A DNA stretch of 63,838 bases, the filler included, from Sluysia triapertura (taxonomy: Eukaryota): NCBI GenBank assembly GCA_046118255.1. It is 5 parts of 5 records of this genome, joined end to end, with 100 filler letters (N's around TTAATTAATTAA, not from the genome) between each part and the next. Parts side by side here need not be neighbours in the genome. Positions count along the whole stretch, not along the records: positions 24,909 to 36,154 come from JBJNIA010186858.1; positions 36,255 to 52,954 come from JBJNIA010199042.1; 3 more parts are not named here. One strand, 5' to 3'. Both the position numbers and the translations under genes were made by a program. The notes under the pieces were generated by a model. It saw only the letters and a program-made list of their open reading frames with translations, made no database searches and was not told where the DNA came from. Position 1 is the first letter of the stretch. The number at the start of each line of letters is the position of its first letter. Below, one piece after another: positions 25,904 to 37,678 of the stretch.

Positions 25904-27847
25904 AATTTGTGGTGGATTAATCGATGATATTAAAAGAAAATCAAAATGGTATTGGAGCGATTTCAAAGACGCTCTTGATATACAATGTGTATCAACTTTT
26001 ATTTTCTTGTATTTTGTTAGTTTAACTCCAATAATAACATTCGGAGGACTGTTAATAAAAGCAACTGATGGTTACCTGGGTGCTATTGAGTCGATATTAG
26101 CTGGAGCTATTGTTGGTATTGTTTACTCTTTATGTTCTGGTCAACCGCTAACAACTCTGGGTATCACGGGTCCTACTTTAATTTTCGAGAGTATTATATT
26201 CAGAGCATGCGTGTTAGCAAACATTTATTTCAATTATTTAATTAATTTATTTATTTTCTGATTTTGGATTTAATTATATCAGTCAAATTTTAAAATGTAA
26301 ACATTACTAGACAAATTTATAAACAAGCATTGTTTATGTGACATTTTCATTCTCGAAAATATTTACTTATTATGTACTTTTAGTAATATAAAATTTAAAA
26401 TAAACTAAAAAATATAATTTCAAAAACATCTTAATAAATCTTATTATAAGTGTGGTTGGGATTTATCGCACTTAATTAGAAATTGGACGTTACTGACTGA
26501 ATGGGAGCACCAAAGTAGAGACGCTACCGGAGCTTAAGAAAAAAAAGATTATTAGACTTTTTTGAAATTATATTTTTATTTTAATGTAATTTATAATTAC
26601 AACACAATTGTTGGATTTGATACTATTGGGTGCCAAATAAAAATTCGATTGTATAATTTTGTGAAATTCGATGATGTAAATAGAGGTTTATAAGAGTGTT
26701 GGATCTTGACAGAATAATTCAAATAAATGTATTGTTCTCGTTTCAGATACATGAATTGGGAATTTCTCAGTTTCCGCCTGTGGATCGGTATCTGGGTAGC
26801 TGTGATTATGCTGATTTTTGTGATATTTGATTTAAGTTTTTTGGTCAAATACATCACAAAATTCACCGAAGAAAGTTTTGCAATGCTTATTGCTTTAATT
26901 TATATTTATGAATCATTTGTCAAGGTATTCATGTTGCTTGATGATTTTCCCGTTAATAAGTAAGTTGATATTGAATTTAATGATTGTTAAGTAACAGTAA
27001 CAATAACAGTAACAGTGATCATGAACAATTATAAACAAAAGTTGATCAAATTACAAAAATAACAAGAAATAATAGAGTGATACAAAAATAAATAAAAATT
27101 GCGAAGGTTTCACATTATTAATGCGCAAAGTAAGGTTTTGGTGACCTCTGAGCATTGTTTTATTGGGTAGAAATTAGAGTAGAAGCAATATTATTGGAAG
27201 CACAATGATAACAATATTTGGAGGTTTAGGTATACAAAAATGTTTAATCATAATGTTAAGGTTCACCGTGGAAAGGTTATGATGTGTTAAATTAGCTAAT
27301 AGAACATTTCTAACAATTACTCGCACAGTACCAACAAGATCTATTACTCCAACAAACTAGACAAATTTATATCATGATAATTATCATTATTATTATTATT
27401 ATTATTATTAATCTCACCATCATCATTATTATTAATATAATCATTATCACCATCATTATTATCACCGTTATCATGGTTATAATCATTATCATCATCATTA
27501 TCAGCATTATTCTCATCATTATCAGCATTATTCTCATCATTATCATCATCATTATTATTATCATTATTATTATTATTATTGTTCTCATCATTCTCATCAT
27601 CATCAGCATCATCATTCTATTTGATATAAAAATAACAATTTATTTAATATTTTCTTCTAATTCAATCAATAAATTTTGCTAATTTAGAGGATGGTCGCCA
27701 GATTACATATTAAACAGGACTTGTGAATGCGTACCTAATGTTACAAAAATATTTCCGAACGAACATTTGAAGCGTTTGCTAAAATTTGAAGAACCACCAC
27801 TAAAAGATGGATGGAAAGAAATAGAAGCAAATGCATCAAATATTCTG
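25904..27847 (+). CDS. SLC4-family bicarbonate transporter, internal exons 25904-26212, 26747-26959 and 27688-27847
   Basis: GGLIDDIKRK..Y.SDFKDAL, ITFGGLL, GQPLTTLGITGP, RLWIGIW and ITKFTEESFA are SLC4 membrane-domain motifs. The third exon has the CxC and N-glycosylation sites of the large extracellular loop. GT-AG boundaries are phase-compatible. The 5' and 3' exons were not found. Confidence 0.92.
27369..27617 (+). repeat. Compound (ATT/ATC)n microsatellite in an SLC4 intron
   Basis: Read directly. It explains the poly-Ile and poly-Met ORFs. Confidence 0.95.
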
Positions 27848-28270
27848 GTAATTATTAATTTATTCTTAATAATAACATCAGAATGGAATGTGATTGTTAA
27901 TGTATTAGTTAATTACTATTTAATTAATAGTAACTTAATTATTTTAATTAATTAATTAATTACTATTTAAGTATTATTTGTTATTTATTAATATTTTTCG
28001 ATCAATATTACAATTGCTATTCAGAATAAATAAATTTCAGTTAGACCTACAACGTAAAGCGGGCATTCCTGTAACATAATAACAAATAACTTTCAATTTT
28101 CTTACATCTTAACTTACTTGATCATGCTGAATACAAAAGTGATCTTAATAGATTTAGTTACTTGTAATTTGTATTTTAATAAAGGATCTTATAATTTTCA
28201 ATTTAATCAATTAATTAATATTAATTTATATTGCGCTCATATCTACTACAAAATAAGTACTCAAAAGTGC

Positions 28271-29050
28271 TTAAAATAAATCATTCACCATAATATTTCT
28301 GAAACAGAAACAACTTTGCCTTTTTCTTAAATATTTCATAATTTTCCAGTAATTTGACATTCTCTGAAACATAAACGGTATACAACCTATCACCCAGCTT
28401 ATTATCACTGTGGATTCTTTATAGATTATTATTGTCTCAGAAATATTCATCTTGGTTTCCAAATTTTGTATTATTTTTAAAAGATATTCAGTATTTTCGT
28501 AATGTAAGCATTTGTAAATTATTGTTACGATTTTGAATTCTATTCTTGCTTTTATTGACAACCAATGTAACTCCTTAAGATCTTCTTCCAACTTGGGGAA
28601 TTAGTCTTGCTGCTTGATTAATTATAAATTGTAATTTTTTCACTTTTATATATGAATTTGAGTACAATAAACCATTGTTAAAATCTTTGTTGCTAGTTAT
28701 CTTCATTAATATTTACAGTTTTTAACAATACAATTAATATTTTCTTCCACGTTCATTTTTCAATCCATATTTCGTACTTTTTTCTTCACATCTAGTGTGT
28801 TTTACCATCTACAATTAACTTTGTTTCGTTTATTTCGTTATTGAAAATGAAAAATACCTAAATACGCCTCGAGAGATAGGTATTCTTCAAAATCAAATCA
28901 ACGCAAGCAAATAACTGACCGTAATAATAATTGTTCTACAATTCAAACTGAACTATTCATTTTTACTTGGTTCACAATACCAATAACTTATTTGTGAAAT
29001 TAGTAGCGATATCAAATAGAGTACATAGCAAATTCCTAATCACCCTTATA
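28271..29050 (-). mobile_element. L2/CR1-type LINE ORF2 3' remnant
   Basis: NGLLYSNS..KKLQFIINQAARLI and LKELHWLSIKARIEFKIVTIIYKCLH..EYL are typical post-RT L2/CR1 motifs. Frameshifted. Confidence 0.8.
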
Positions 29051-30038
29051 TGTCAAGGTAATACGATAATTTAGATATCACGGAATATCGATTAAACTAA
29101 AAATACATATAAAAAAATTTGATTCTGAATCTCACATTTATTTAATCAAAATGCATAGAGGTGATATAGTACGCATTAAAAATCATATCAAAAGTTAAGT
29201 TGTGAAGTGTTATTTCGAAATGAGACAAGTTTATTGAAAAATGTAATGGAATGTATAAAGTAAAGTTAATTAATCACATTTAGGAGTATCAAGGCCAGTT
29301 TTAATACATTCTAACATGCGAAATTTAATAAATTTGTAATAATATTTTATTAATAATAAAAGGTTTTAATTTTGTAAAAGAGGTTACGTATCGTAGAAAT
29401 TCTTCAATTCACACTAGATATTTAGAAGCATTATATAAATTAATGTAGACTGAGTCTTCCATAGTGTTGATTACAGGAGAACTTGACTAGAACTTGACTA
29501 GAAATATTATGTTCCATGGAAGAAAATAATAATTATGTATAAAATTAGAAAATTTACATTAAAAACTAATAACAGTTTATTTTATTTGATTAAATACGAA
29601 AAAGGTGTAAAAATTACAATTATTATTGAATCAATCAACAAGAATAACCTTCCAAGTCAGAAGAAATAGAAGAAGATCTCATGTAATATATTTTAAAGAA
29701 TTACATTGATTAGCAATTTGAATTATATAAATGTTATATAAAAGTTATATAAATGTTGAAAGATTGTATATAAAGAGAACGTTCTTTGTATTCCAGAATT
29801 ATTATCAAGAATAATGCATTGTTATCTCATTTAAGTACTAATTTAATCATAAGAAATTATGTAAGTCAATATATCTTTGTGAGATCCAAGAATGAATTAA
29901 AAATTAACTAAATAAACAAATAAATAAATAATTATAATAATAGTAACAAAATTATCACATTCTAAGTAATGTGCAACATTCTAAGCGTGTAATATTCAAA
30001 TATGGTTGAACGAACAATTGTTTGTAATTTATTTATTA

Positions 30039-30039
<1 letters not shown>

Positions 30040-30089
<50 letters not shown>

Positions 30090-30242
30090 TATTCAATTCA
30101 TCTTAATACATCATTTTGATGATGCTGATAGATATATTTCACTATTGCTAATTCAGTTTTCATTAATTTCATTTTCAGAATTTCTTCTAACAGCAAAAGT
30201 ACGTGGGATTTATTACAAAATAAATAAATTTATTATAGTAAC

Positions 30243-30311
<69 letters not shown>
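30040..30311. repeat. (ATT)n and (AAT)n microsatellites, including an (AAT)n-(ATT)n palindromic junction
   Basis: Read directly at 30040-30090 and 30243-30311. Confidence 0.9.
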
Positions 30312-30312
<1 letters not shown>

Positions 30313-31205
30313 AAATAAAAAATTATAATTTTAATTAAATTAAATTATTAATATTTTAATAAAATATTAAATAAATTTATAAGTTTAAGATGAACAAAAA
30401 TCATAATTATATAAACATATAAGTAAGAAACCAAAAATCGGAACCAAAAATGATTATTAATCAAAACCATCAGATTATGGTTTATCTTGGACACAAGTTT
30501 TGAGCTATCTGATTGGTCGATTTGGATTTTGATATATAGATGGATGTTTAAAATGTTAATATATTAGCTTTTATTATATATTAGCTTTTATTAGCTTTTA
30601 TATATTTATTAAAACTTTATTAATTATTTTTATTAATTTAAAATTATAAACATGTATAAAATAATATCTGAAGTATTTATTTATCAAATTTGTCTTAAAA
30701 TGAAAATAAACTAAACAAGACCTAAGATTTTTATTAGTTATAACATGAATAAGCTTTATCAAATCATTACTAAATGTCAGTTTATGAAAATAAATTGGTG
30801 GTTGACTTAAATTTTGGCATACCACAAGTTGCATGACATGGAATAATGTGATCATAAACTAAAAATTCAACAAGAGCAAACTGTACTTTTAATTTAGAAT
30901 CACGTCGTTATTGATTGTAGGATTTGTATTGATTGAATTAATGAAACTAGTAGATTGTTAACGCGCTCCAAGTTGATATTAGAATTTGCATTATTGAAAG
31001 AATGATAATATAATTCTGGTATGTTGTGAGCATACTGATACAGATGACCATATACCTAAATCATTTGTACCAAACAAACATGGTGCGTTTTTGTAGTGAT
31101 CTTTATGAAAAATCGCATTTCAGATGATTATTTGATGTAACATTTATTTATTTAAAAAATTCATTATAATTCTTTATAATTGTTTTCTTTATCATTTGTT
31201 TTTTA

Positions 31206-31445
31206 TTAAAAACTGTATCCATTAAATGAATAGAATGGAGACTTCATTTTGTATAATAGTTCTATATCTACTAAATTTATCATATCGTCTTTACCTAAAT
31301 CTGAAAGTTTAAATGCTTCTTCAACCTTTTTACGATCGTATATACTACAATCATTAATAAACAATTCAACGAATTTATCTGGAACATAGTTTTTGCCTAG
31401 TTTCATTAAAAGTTCCAATTCTGTTTTAAAATCATGAGCATTCAT
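31206..31445 (-). CDS. Small protein or fragment with one degenerate EF-hand
   Basis: KVEEAFKLSDLGKDDMINLVDIELL resembles EAF..FD.D.DG.I...EL. Confidence 0.45.
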   Translation of the reverse strand: MNAHDFKTELELLMKLGKNYVPDKFVELFINDCSIYDRKKVEEAFKLSDLGKDDMINLVDIELLYKMKSPFYSFNGYSF

Positions 31446-32319
31446 TTCTATTTTAAAACTTTATTTTGAAGAGCTATACTTTTTAAATCAAAGGATATTA
31501 ACTTTAAAATTTACAAAACTTATTGAGAACAAATTAATTGTGAATATTATTTGTAAATCTCAAAAAGCTTTTAACTCATAAAATAAATTGTGTATATGTC
31601 ACCATTGACAGCACAAATAGTCCAATTAAAATGATAGCAAGGTAGTGACAAAAATTAATATTAGTTATAATGATAATAATAATGGTTATAAAAATTAATA
31701 ATGTAAATTAATAATGATGTATTAAATTAAAATTCTAAGTAATAAGGTTGGCCACCACAGGATGATAGTATTTTATAAATTTATAGATTATTTGCGACTA
31801 CAAACCTAAGTAAATAATAACAACATATTAGTAGCACACAAAGTATTAAATATATAAATCAGTAATCACAACCATATCATATGTACCAAACTGTGTCCAT
31901 GAGCAATTTTAATCTTTCTTCAAACTAGTAATTTTGACACGAATCCAGTAATGTTCCATCTAATTTTTGCAAGTCTCTGTAGGCAATATTTGGTGCTGTG
32001 CACTGTGAACATAAGATAAGAAAACAATGCTGAGCAAACACACTGAACGACGAAGGGCCAGTTTACAATACCACGCACAATAATCACGGATTTAAGTAGC
32101 CCTTGTTTTCAACTATCATAAAACCATACTTAAATAATTTTTTCTTTGCTAAAAAAATAAAAATCCCATTCTCAAAACCGATTTTTAAACAAAGTACTTT
32201 TTTTAGTAAGAAACTTTTGTGCGCTGATGTTTTCCTTGTGTGTGTGAGCGTACAGCTTACGGGGAACAATGACACACTGATAACATTGTTTTTTCATTAA
32301 CTTTTGTATAAGGATGTTC

Positions 32320-32680
32320 CGGAACTTATTGAAACCCTTATGAAAGTATGGCATCACGATCAACGACTTGTATCTTTAAGGATCAGGAAATTATTGAATA
32401 ACAAAGAAGGGCAAGCAAAGTACTGATACAACAGTTTGTACATATTTGATTTGTAGTAAATTGTGTTACCACTTTCTACATGAATAAAATTTCTGTATGT
32501 TTTGAATCTCAGTATTTTCATCTATTATTTTACTTTCACCAGAATTTTTTTGGAGAAAGTAATTATTTTCCAACATTTTCCGTGACAATGTTTTATTTAA
32601 TAGTTTCATAGTAACCTTGAAAAGTAATGTTGAATTTTATCACAAAAATGGTCTTTAGTCTAATAATTTGGCCATCACTC
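32320..32680 (+). mobile_element. Tc1-like transposon 3' end (transposase C-terminus plus TIR), copy 1
   Basis: Translates ELIETLMKVWHHD...IEYKEGQAKY*. The end ...GTCTAATAATTTGGCCATCACT is the reverse complement of the copy at 62846. Confidence 0.85.
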
Positions 32681-33368
32681 AAATGGCTAGAAAATTATAA
32701 TTTCTAATTGCTCACTAAAATAAATTTAAATTAAAAATATTCATTTGCAGATTTGACTTAATTTATATATTCTGATTGTACATCTTTCATTCTGACAACA
32801 TTAATCCGATATTTATTTAATTTTGATTCACTGAACTGCATACTACATCGAATTCTTGTTGGTTTCTTGGTGGATTAATCGACTGCCATAATTGGCAACT
32901 CGAGGTCGTTCAATAAGCTAGAGCTTTGTGCAATTAAAATTTTAGGTTGTATTTTGGTATCCCCGCCTTTATCCTATATTGATAAATTAAAGGAGGGGGA
33001 TCTGGACGAATTTGAACAAACGAACAGCTTCAAACCACAAAACATACTAAATACAAGCTCAAAGTGGCGCATGGATTGTGCAATGTGGTCGCAAACCGTA
33101 CTAATACGACTCTCGCCTTTAAGCTACAATCGAGATAAATCGTAGTACTATGAACCCCCCAACTTTGATGTGTTGGGCATGATGTCCAAATGGCACTTTT
33201 ATTTTTATTCATTAATTTAATAAGGGCATTAATATTTTTATATGGACGATACGATCTAATTATTATTATTATTATTATAAATTTATTTTCATTAATTTTA
33301 TTATACTTATTATTTATTATTACTGTATTATTAATGTTATTATTATTATCAAAATTTATTATCAGCCA

Positions 33369-33369
<1 letters not shown>

Positions 33370-33414
<45 letters not shown>
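33370..33414 (+). repeat. (AAT)n microsatellite
   Basis: Read directly from the sequence. Confidence 0.95.
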
Positions 33415-33416
<2 letters not shown>

Positions 33417-36154
33417 TTAAGCCCAAATTTTAATATTTAATTTATTTAAAATAACTTAACTCCACTCAAGTTATTTTCTTCTTTATCTGTTTGTGTGACA
33501 AATATTTTTAGCAGGATCCGATTACAAAGTATAGTTGGCGTTTCTGCAATTTGATGAGTTAATAATTACCTTAATAATCCTCATCGTAAGGCTTCAAAAT
33601 TACTAATTAATTTGATATTTATAAAACACCATATGTATTGCATTCGGGCTATTGATGGATAATCGAAAAACAGGGATAATTCGCAAAAATAATGATAAAA
33701 AATACTAGTATAATACAAAAACAATGAAAATACATTCAATGCTTTTAAAAAAATTGATAATTTTGGTTTGTTTAAGTTTCGATGTGGATTTATCCTTTTC
33801 ACTCATTTTAATTAACTGAAGTTTTTGTTTCACAGTCACAGTTACGACTATTTTGCGATTATTTGACATTTTAAATAATTTTAAAAAATTTAATTTTAAT
33901 CATCATAAGGTATTTTAAACCTAAAGAAAAACAAACAATACATACCGATAAATCAATAGCAAATCAATAAAATTAAAATTGTACTTCTTAAAATAAATAA
34001 ATGTATATTTATTTAAACAATCCGCAAACCGGTTAGTCGGGAGTTTGCTATAATGCTTATCACAATAATACAATTTACAATGAAATAAAACTAAAAACTC
34101 AAAAAATTTATTATTCAAAAATTCAATAATTTACAAAGATTATAGAGGTTATAATTAGAAAAAAGAAAGAATAAAATTATTTATAAATATTAAAATTAAG
34201 ATCCGATATTGATATAAATATTGATAAGATCCGATAGTCCTAAAACGGGTGCTATCACTAAAAATTTGATAAATTTTCCAAACGGCGTATTTAAAATGGC
34301 GATTCTCGTTCAATTGATGTTAGTATATAAATTAGTCATCAGCCAATGAAAATCGATGGAATAGAAACGTCTATTCTATTTTCAGCAGAGAATTTTCTTT
34401 TTTAGAAAATAATTATTTTTTAATTGATTTTAAATATTTAGAAATAATTTTAAAGCATTTGATATGATTTTAGAGGGTCGTGATGACAGTCTAAAATACT
34501 GAAATTTAGCTGTTCTTGCTGCAGAATATATCTTGATGAGGCTCCTCTTCTTTGATATTGTGATTGATAATCTTATATATTTTCTCTATTTATCTTAAGA
34601 TCTACTCGTAAACTCAAAATTGATTATATTCAAATAATGATTCTTATTTGGTCGACATCGAAAATTTCAGAATACCAAAAAAAACTTTCATCCTACCATT
34701 TGCCCATAAATGATATTTACTATATTTGGGTTTACCTATAAAATATGTTTTATACCACAAAAGAGACATTCATGTAGGATTTAACAATTAAATTTTTCTT
34801 TCAGCGACTGTTATAATTCCTCTACATAAAATTTTCTACATTAGTCTTTAAAGAATGATATTATTAATATTGTCTTTTTTAAATAAATTTTTTAAAATTT
34901 AAAAATAGATTTTTCATGTATTTTGTACCTTACTTTAAATAAGGTAAAAACTTCTATTACAAAAAACTTACGAATAAAGATTGACAAAAATAACCCAAAT
35001 AATATCTTAAAATTGATTTTACACTTTAACTGTAAAATTTTGATTGTCTTTTTATATACTAATTCTGCGAATCAAAAAATTAATTATTTTTCCATTTTCT
35101 AATTGGCTTATTTTTACTAATATTACGAACTATTATTATTATTACCTATTTTTTTTATTTTACCAATTATTATTATTAAGAATAATTTATATTACAATTA
35201 TTTTAATTAATAATTTTTGATTTGAGATTTAGTTACTATAATTTTCAACATTGACAGCTGCATTGCATCATCTACCGTCAAACTCCAAGTTGATACGGAT
35301 GGAGTCCAACCCGGCAGGAACAAATGAAATCGGAGGTTGTGTCCCAGGAAGGGTTAAGACCTCGACCTAACACCCTCAAACATCACCACCAATGGTCTAA
35401 AAGCACTATCCATTTATTTCTTATTTTATTTTTCTAGTTGCATTTTTGTGCTCTGGAACATCTGGCCCTTTCTGCCTCCTCCTTTCAGTAAATATCAATG
35501 ATTAAATTAACTTAAAATAAATTTTTATTTGAATTCGAAATATACATTTGTAACAAACATTTTTGCTGTTTATTAAATTAAATTTTTTTGTATCAATTTT
35601 TGTTAAATTTAAAAACTTAATCAAAATTGTATCACAATTTGTCGTTTATCTAAAATTTCAGATCATAAATCAAAGGATTGATGACAATAAAAATATAAAT
35701 GAATGAACTCTTAGCAGAGTACACAATCACTGATACTACGAACAATTTATACTGAAAATAATCATCAAATGTAATTATTATAAATATTAATATTTGACAA
35801 TAAATATTAACTAAATCAATATCATTAATAGTGATAACAAGTAATATAGTTGAAGAGTCAAATGTTGTAAAATGAATTAATAATTAATAATATTATTATC
35901 ATAATTTTTGAATTTCAATTATTATTTAATCGAAGTTTATATTTTATAATATTATTAANNNNNNNNNNNNNNNNNNNNNNNNNNNNNNNNNNNNNNNNNN
36001 NNNNNNNNNNNNNNNNNNNNNNNNNNNNNNNNNNNNNNNNNNNNNNNNNNNNNNNNNNNNNNNNNNNNNNNNNNNNNNNNNNNNNNNNNNNNNNCTAATG
36101 ATAGTAATAATGATTATAATTATAATTATAATAATAATGATAATAATAATGAAT

Positions 36155-36254
36155 NNNNNNNNNNNNNNNNNNNNNNNNNNNNNNNNNNNNNNNNNNNNTT
36201 AATTAATTAANNNNNNNNNNNNNNNNNNNNNNNNNNNNNNNNNNNNNNNNNNNN
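36155..36254. other. Artificial scaffold-joining spacer
   Basis: N44-TTAATTAATTAA-N44. Confidence 0.97.
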
Positions 36255-36351
36255 CAAATGTGAACATAATCATAAGACTAAAATTCGGCGGCACATTTTT
36301 AGAATTTCGCGGCACACAAAAGTGCCGCGGCTCATTGGTTGAGAATCACAG
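36255..36351. mobile_element. hAT-type element end at scaffold start
   Basis: Subterminal GCGGCAC repeats and palindrome, terminus TTGAGAATCACAG, followed by a CTCTAGA-type target. Confidence 0.6.
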
Positions 36352-36419
36352 CTCTAGATGTTTTCACCTTCACCTCTCTGATTCCCTTTTCTACTTCTTT
36401 TATATTAATTATTACCATA
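36351..36419 (+). repeat. Dispersed repeat, with an inverted copy at 42791-42858
   Basis: GCTCTAGATGTTTTCACCTTCACC...GATTCCCTTTT...TATATTAATTATTACCATA closely matches the reverse complement of 42791-42858. Confidence 0.8.
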
Positions 36420-36866
36420 CTTAAATAATTAAAAATTTAGTTTAATTTTAAAAAAGTTAGGTTTATTCTTATTTTCCGAAAATATTAACCGCATTAATAT
36501 TAAATTAATAAATAACTTAAAAATGGCAAAATTTAATATTCTTTCGAAATATTGCAGAATTGTAAATATTAATTAGAAATTATCAAAAAAATAATAAACT
36601 GTTTTATTCAAATTTTTTAAACATATTAAGCAATATTATTTATTAAGATAAGTAACATTGCGAATAATGGTACATCATATTGTAATGTTGTATTGGTTGT
36701 GTTTTACTAAATCAATTATATTGATATGTAATTAAGTTTTAAAAAAATTGTAAAAACAATCTACAAAAGTAACTGTTCTCTAGGCATTGGACTTATTTGT
36801 GATTTTATTTTATTTTATTTTTCACGAATAAACCAGTTTTATGTGTTAATTTTGTATTATTAAAAA

Positions 36867-37678
36867 ATGGATGTAGCATCAGAAAATTTAGAAATGGTAT
36901 GTAATTCGCTTTAGCTTTGCTGTCAAGTTTCTATTTATATTTATGTAATTAAATACAATATAAATTTTAGTATGTACATAACTTAAATCTAATAATTTAG
37001 ATAAATTTGAAGCTTCTTCTTGTAAGCGGTAAGAGTACAACTACTGAATTTACAGCAATTACTAAAATCTGTGAAATATGCCAATACATTTATAATAATT
37101 GGCCAGATGACTGGGATGAAAGACCTGAGGATAATATTTTACGGTTAATATATCATGGTAGATTTTTAGAATACGAAACAAAGCTGAAAGGTAAATTTAT
37201 ATATTTGGAAACTTTAATTAAAATACAGATCTCAATTTACCTCCCGGTCTTGTGGTAATGCATCTCATATTCCGAAAAAATATCCCACAACCTGGAACAC
37301 AAGGTATTATAACTTAATTAGGTTTTTCAAACATTAAATTTTTAACACATTTTAAACTTGTTTGTAAAAACGCGAAATTTATTTTGTGCATTAAACTATT
37401 TAAATTATTAAAAAGTATTATGTATTATTATGTATTTAAATCTACAGTTACAATTGTGCTCATGTTTAAACTAGTTAAAATGTTAAATTAATAACAAATT
37501 AGTCTCTTATTCTTCATTTAACGATACACTAAATAAAAATTAATTTAATAATTAATTTTTGGATTAAATAATTATATTAAGTATTCTAAAAATGATTTAA
37601 TTTTTAATTTTAGATGAAATCAAAAAAAGCAAATCACCTAGTCAGTCATGTTTTCGATCTTGCTGTTGCATTTGTTAA
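36867..37678 (+). CDS. UBL3: Ubiquitin-like protein 3 (membrane-anchored ubiquitin-fold). Exons 36867-36896, 37001-37190, 37229-37303, 37614-37678
   Basis: INLKLLLVSGK, NWPDDW, ILRLIYHGRFL and VMHLI match UBL3. The C-terminus CCCIC* is a CaaX box. All introns are GT-AG and phase-consistent (104, 38 and 310 nt). Confidence 0.95.

Noticed and set aside
27367-27682. Poly-Ile and poly-Met ORFs as membrane proteins
   Set aside because: They are translations of an intronic ATT/ATC microsatellite.
34479-34570. C/D-box snoRNA (GTGATGA...CTGA...TGATGA)
   Set aside because: There is no terminal CTGA D box or closing stem, and the putative guide has several mismatches to the rRNA segment it resembles.
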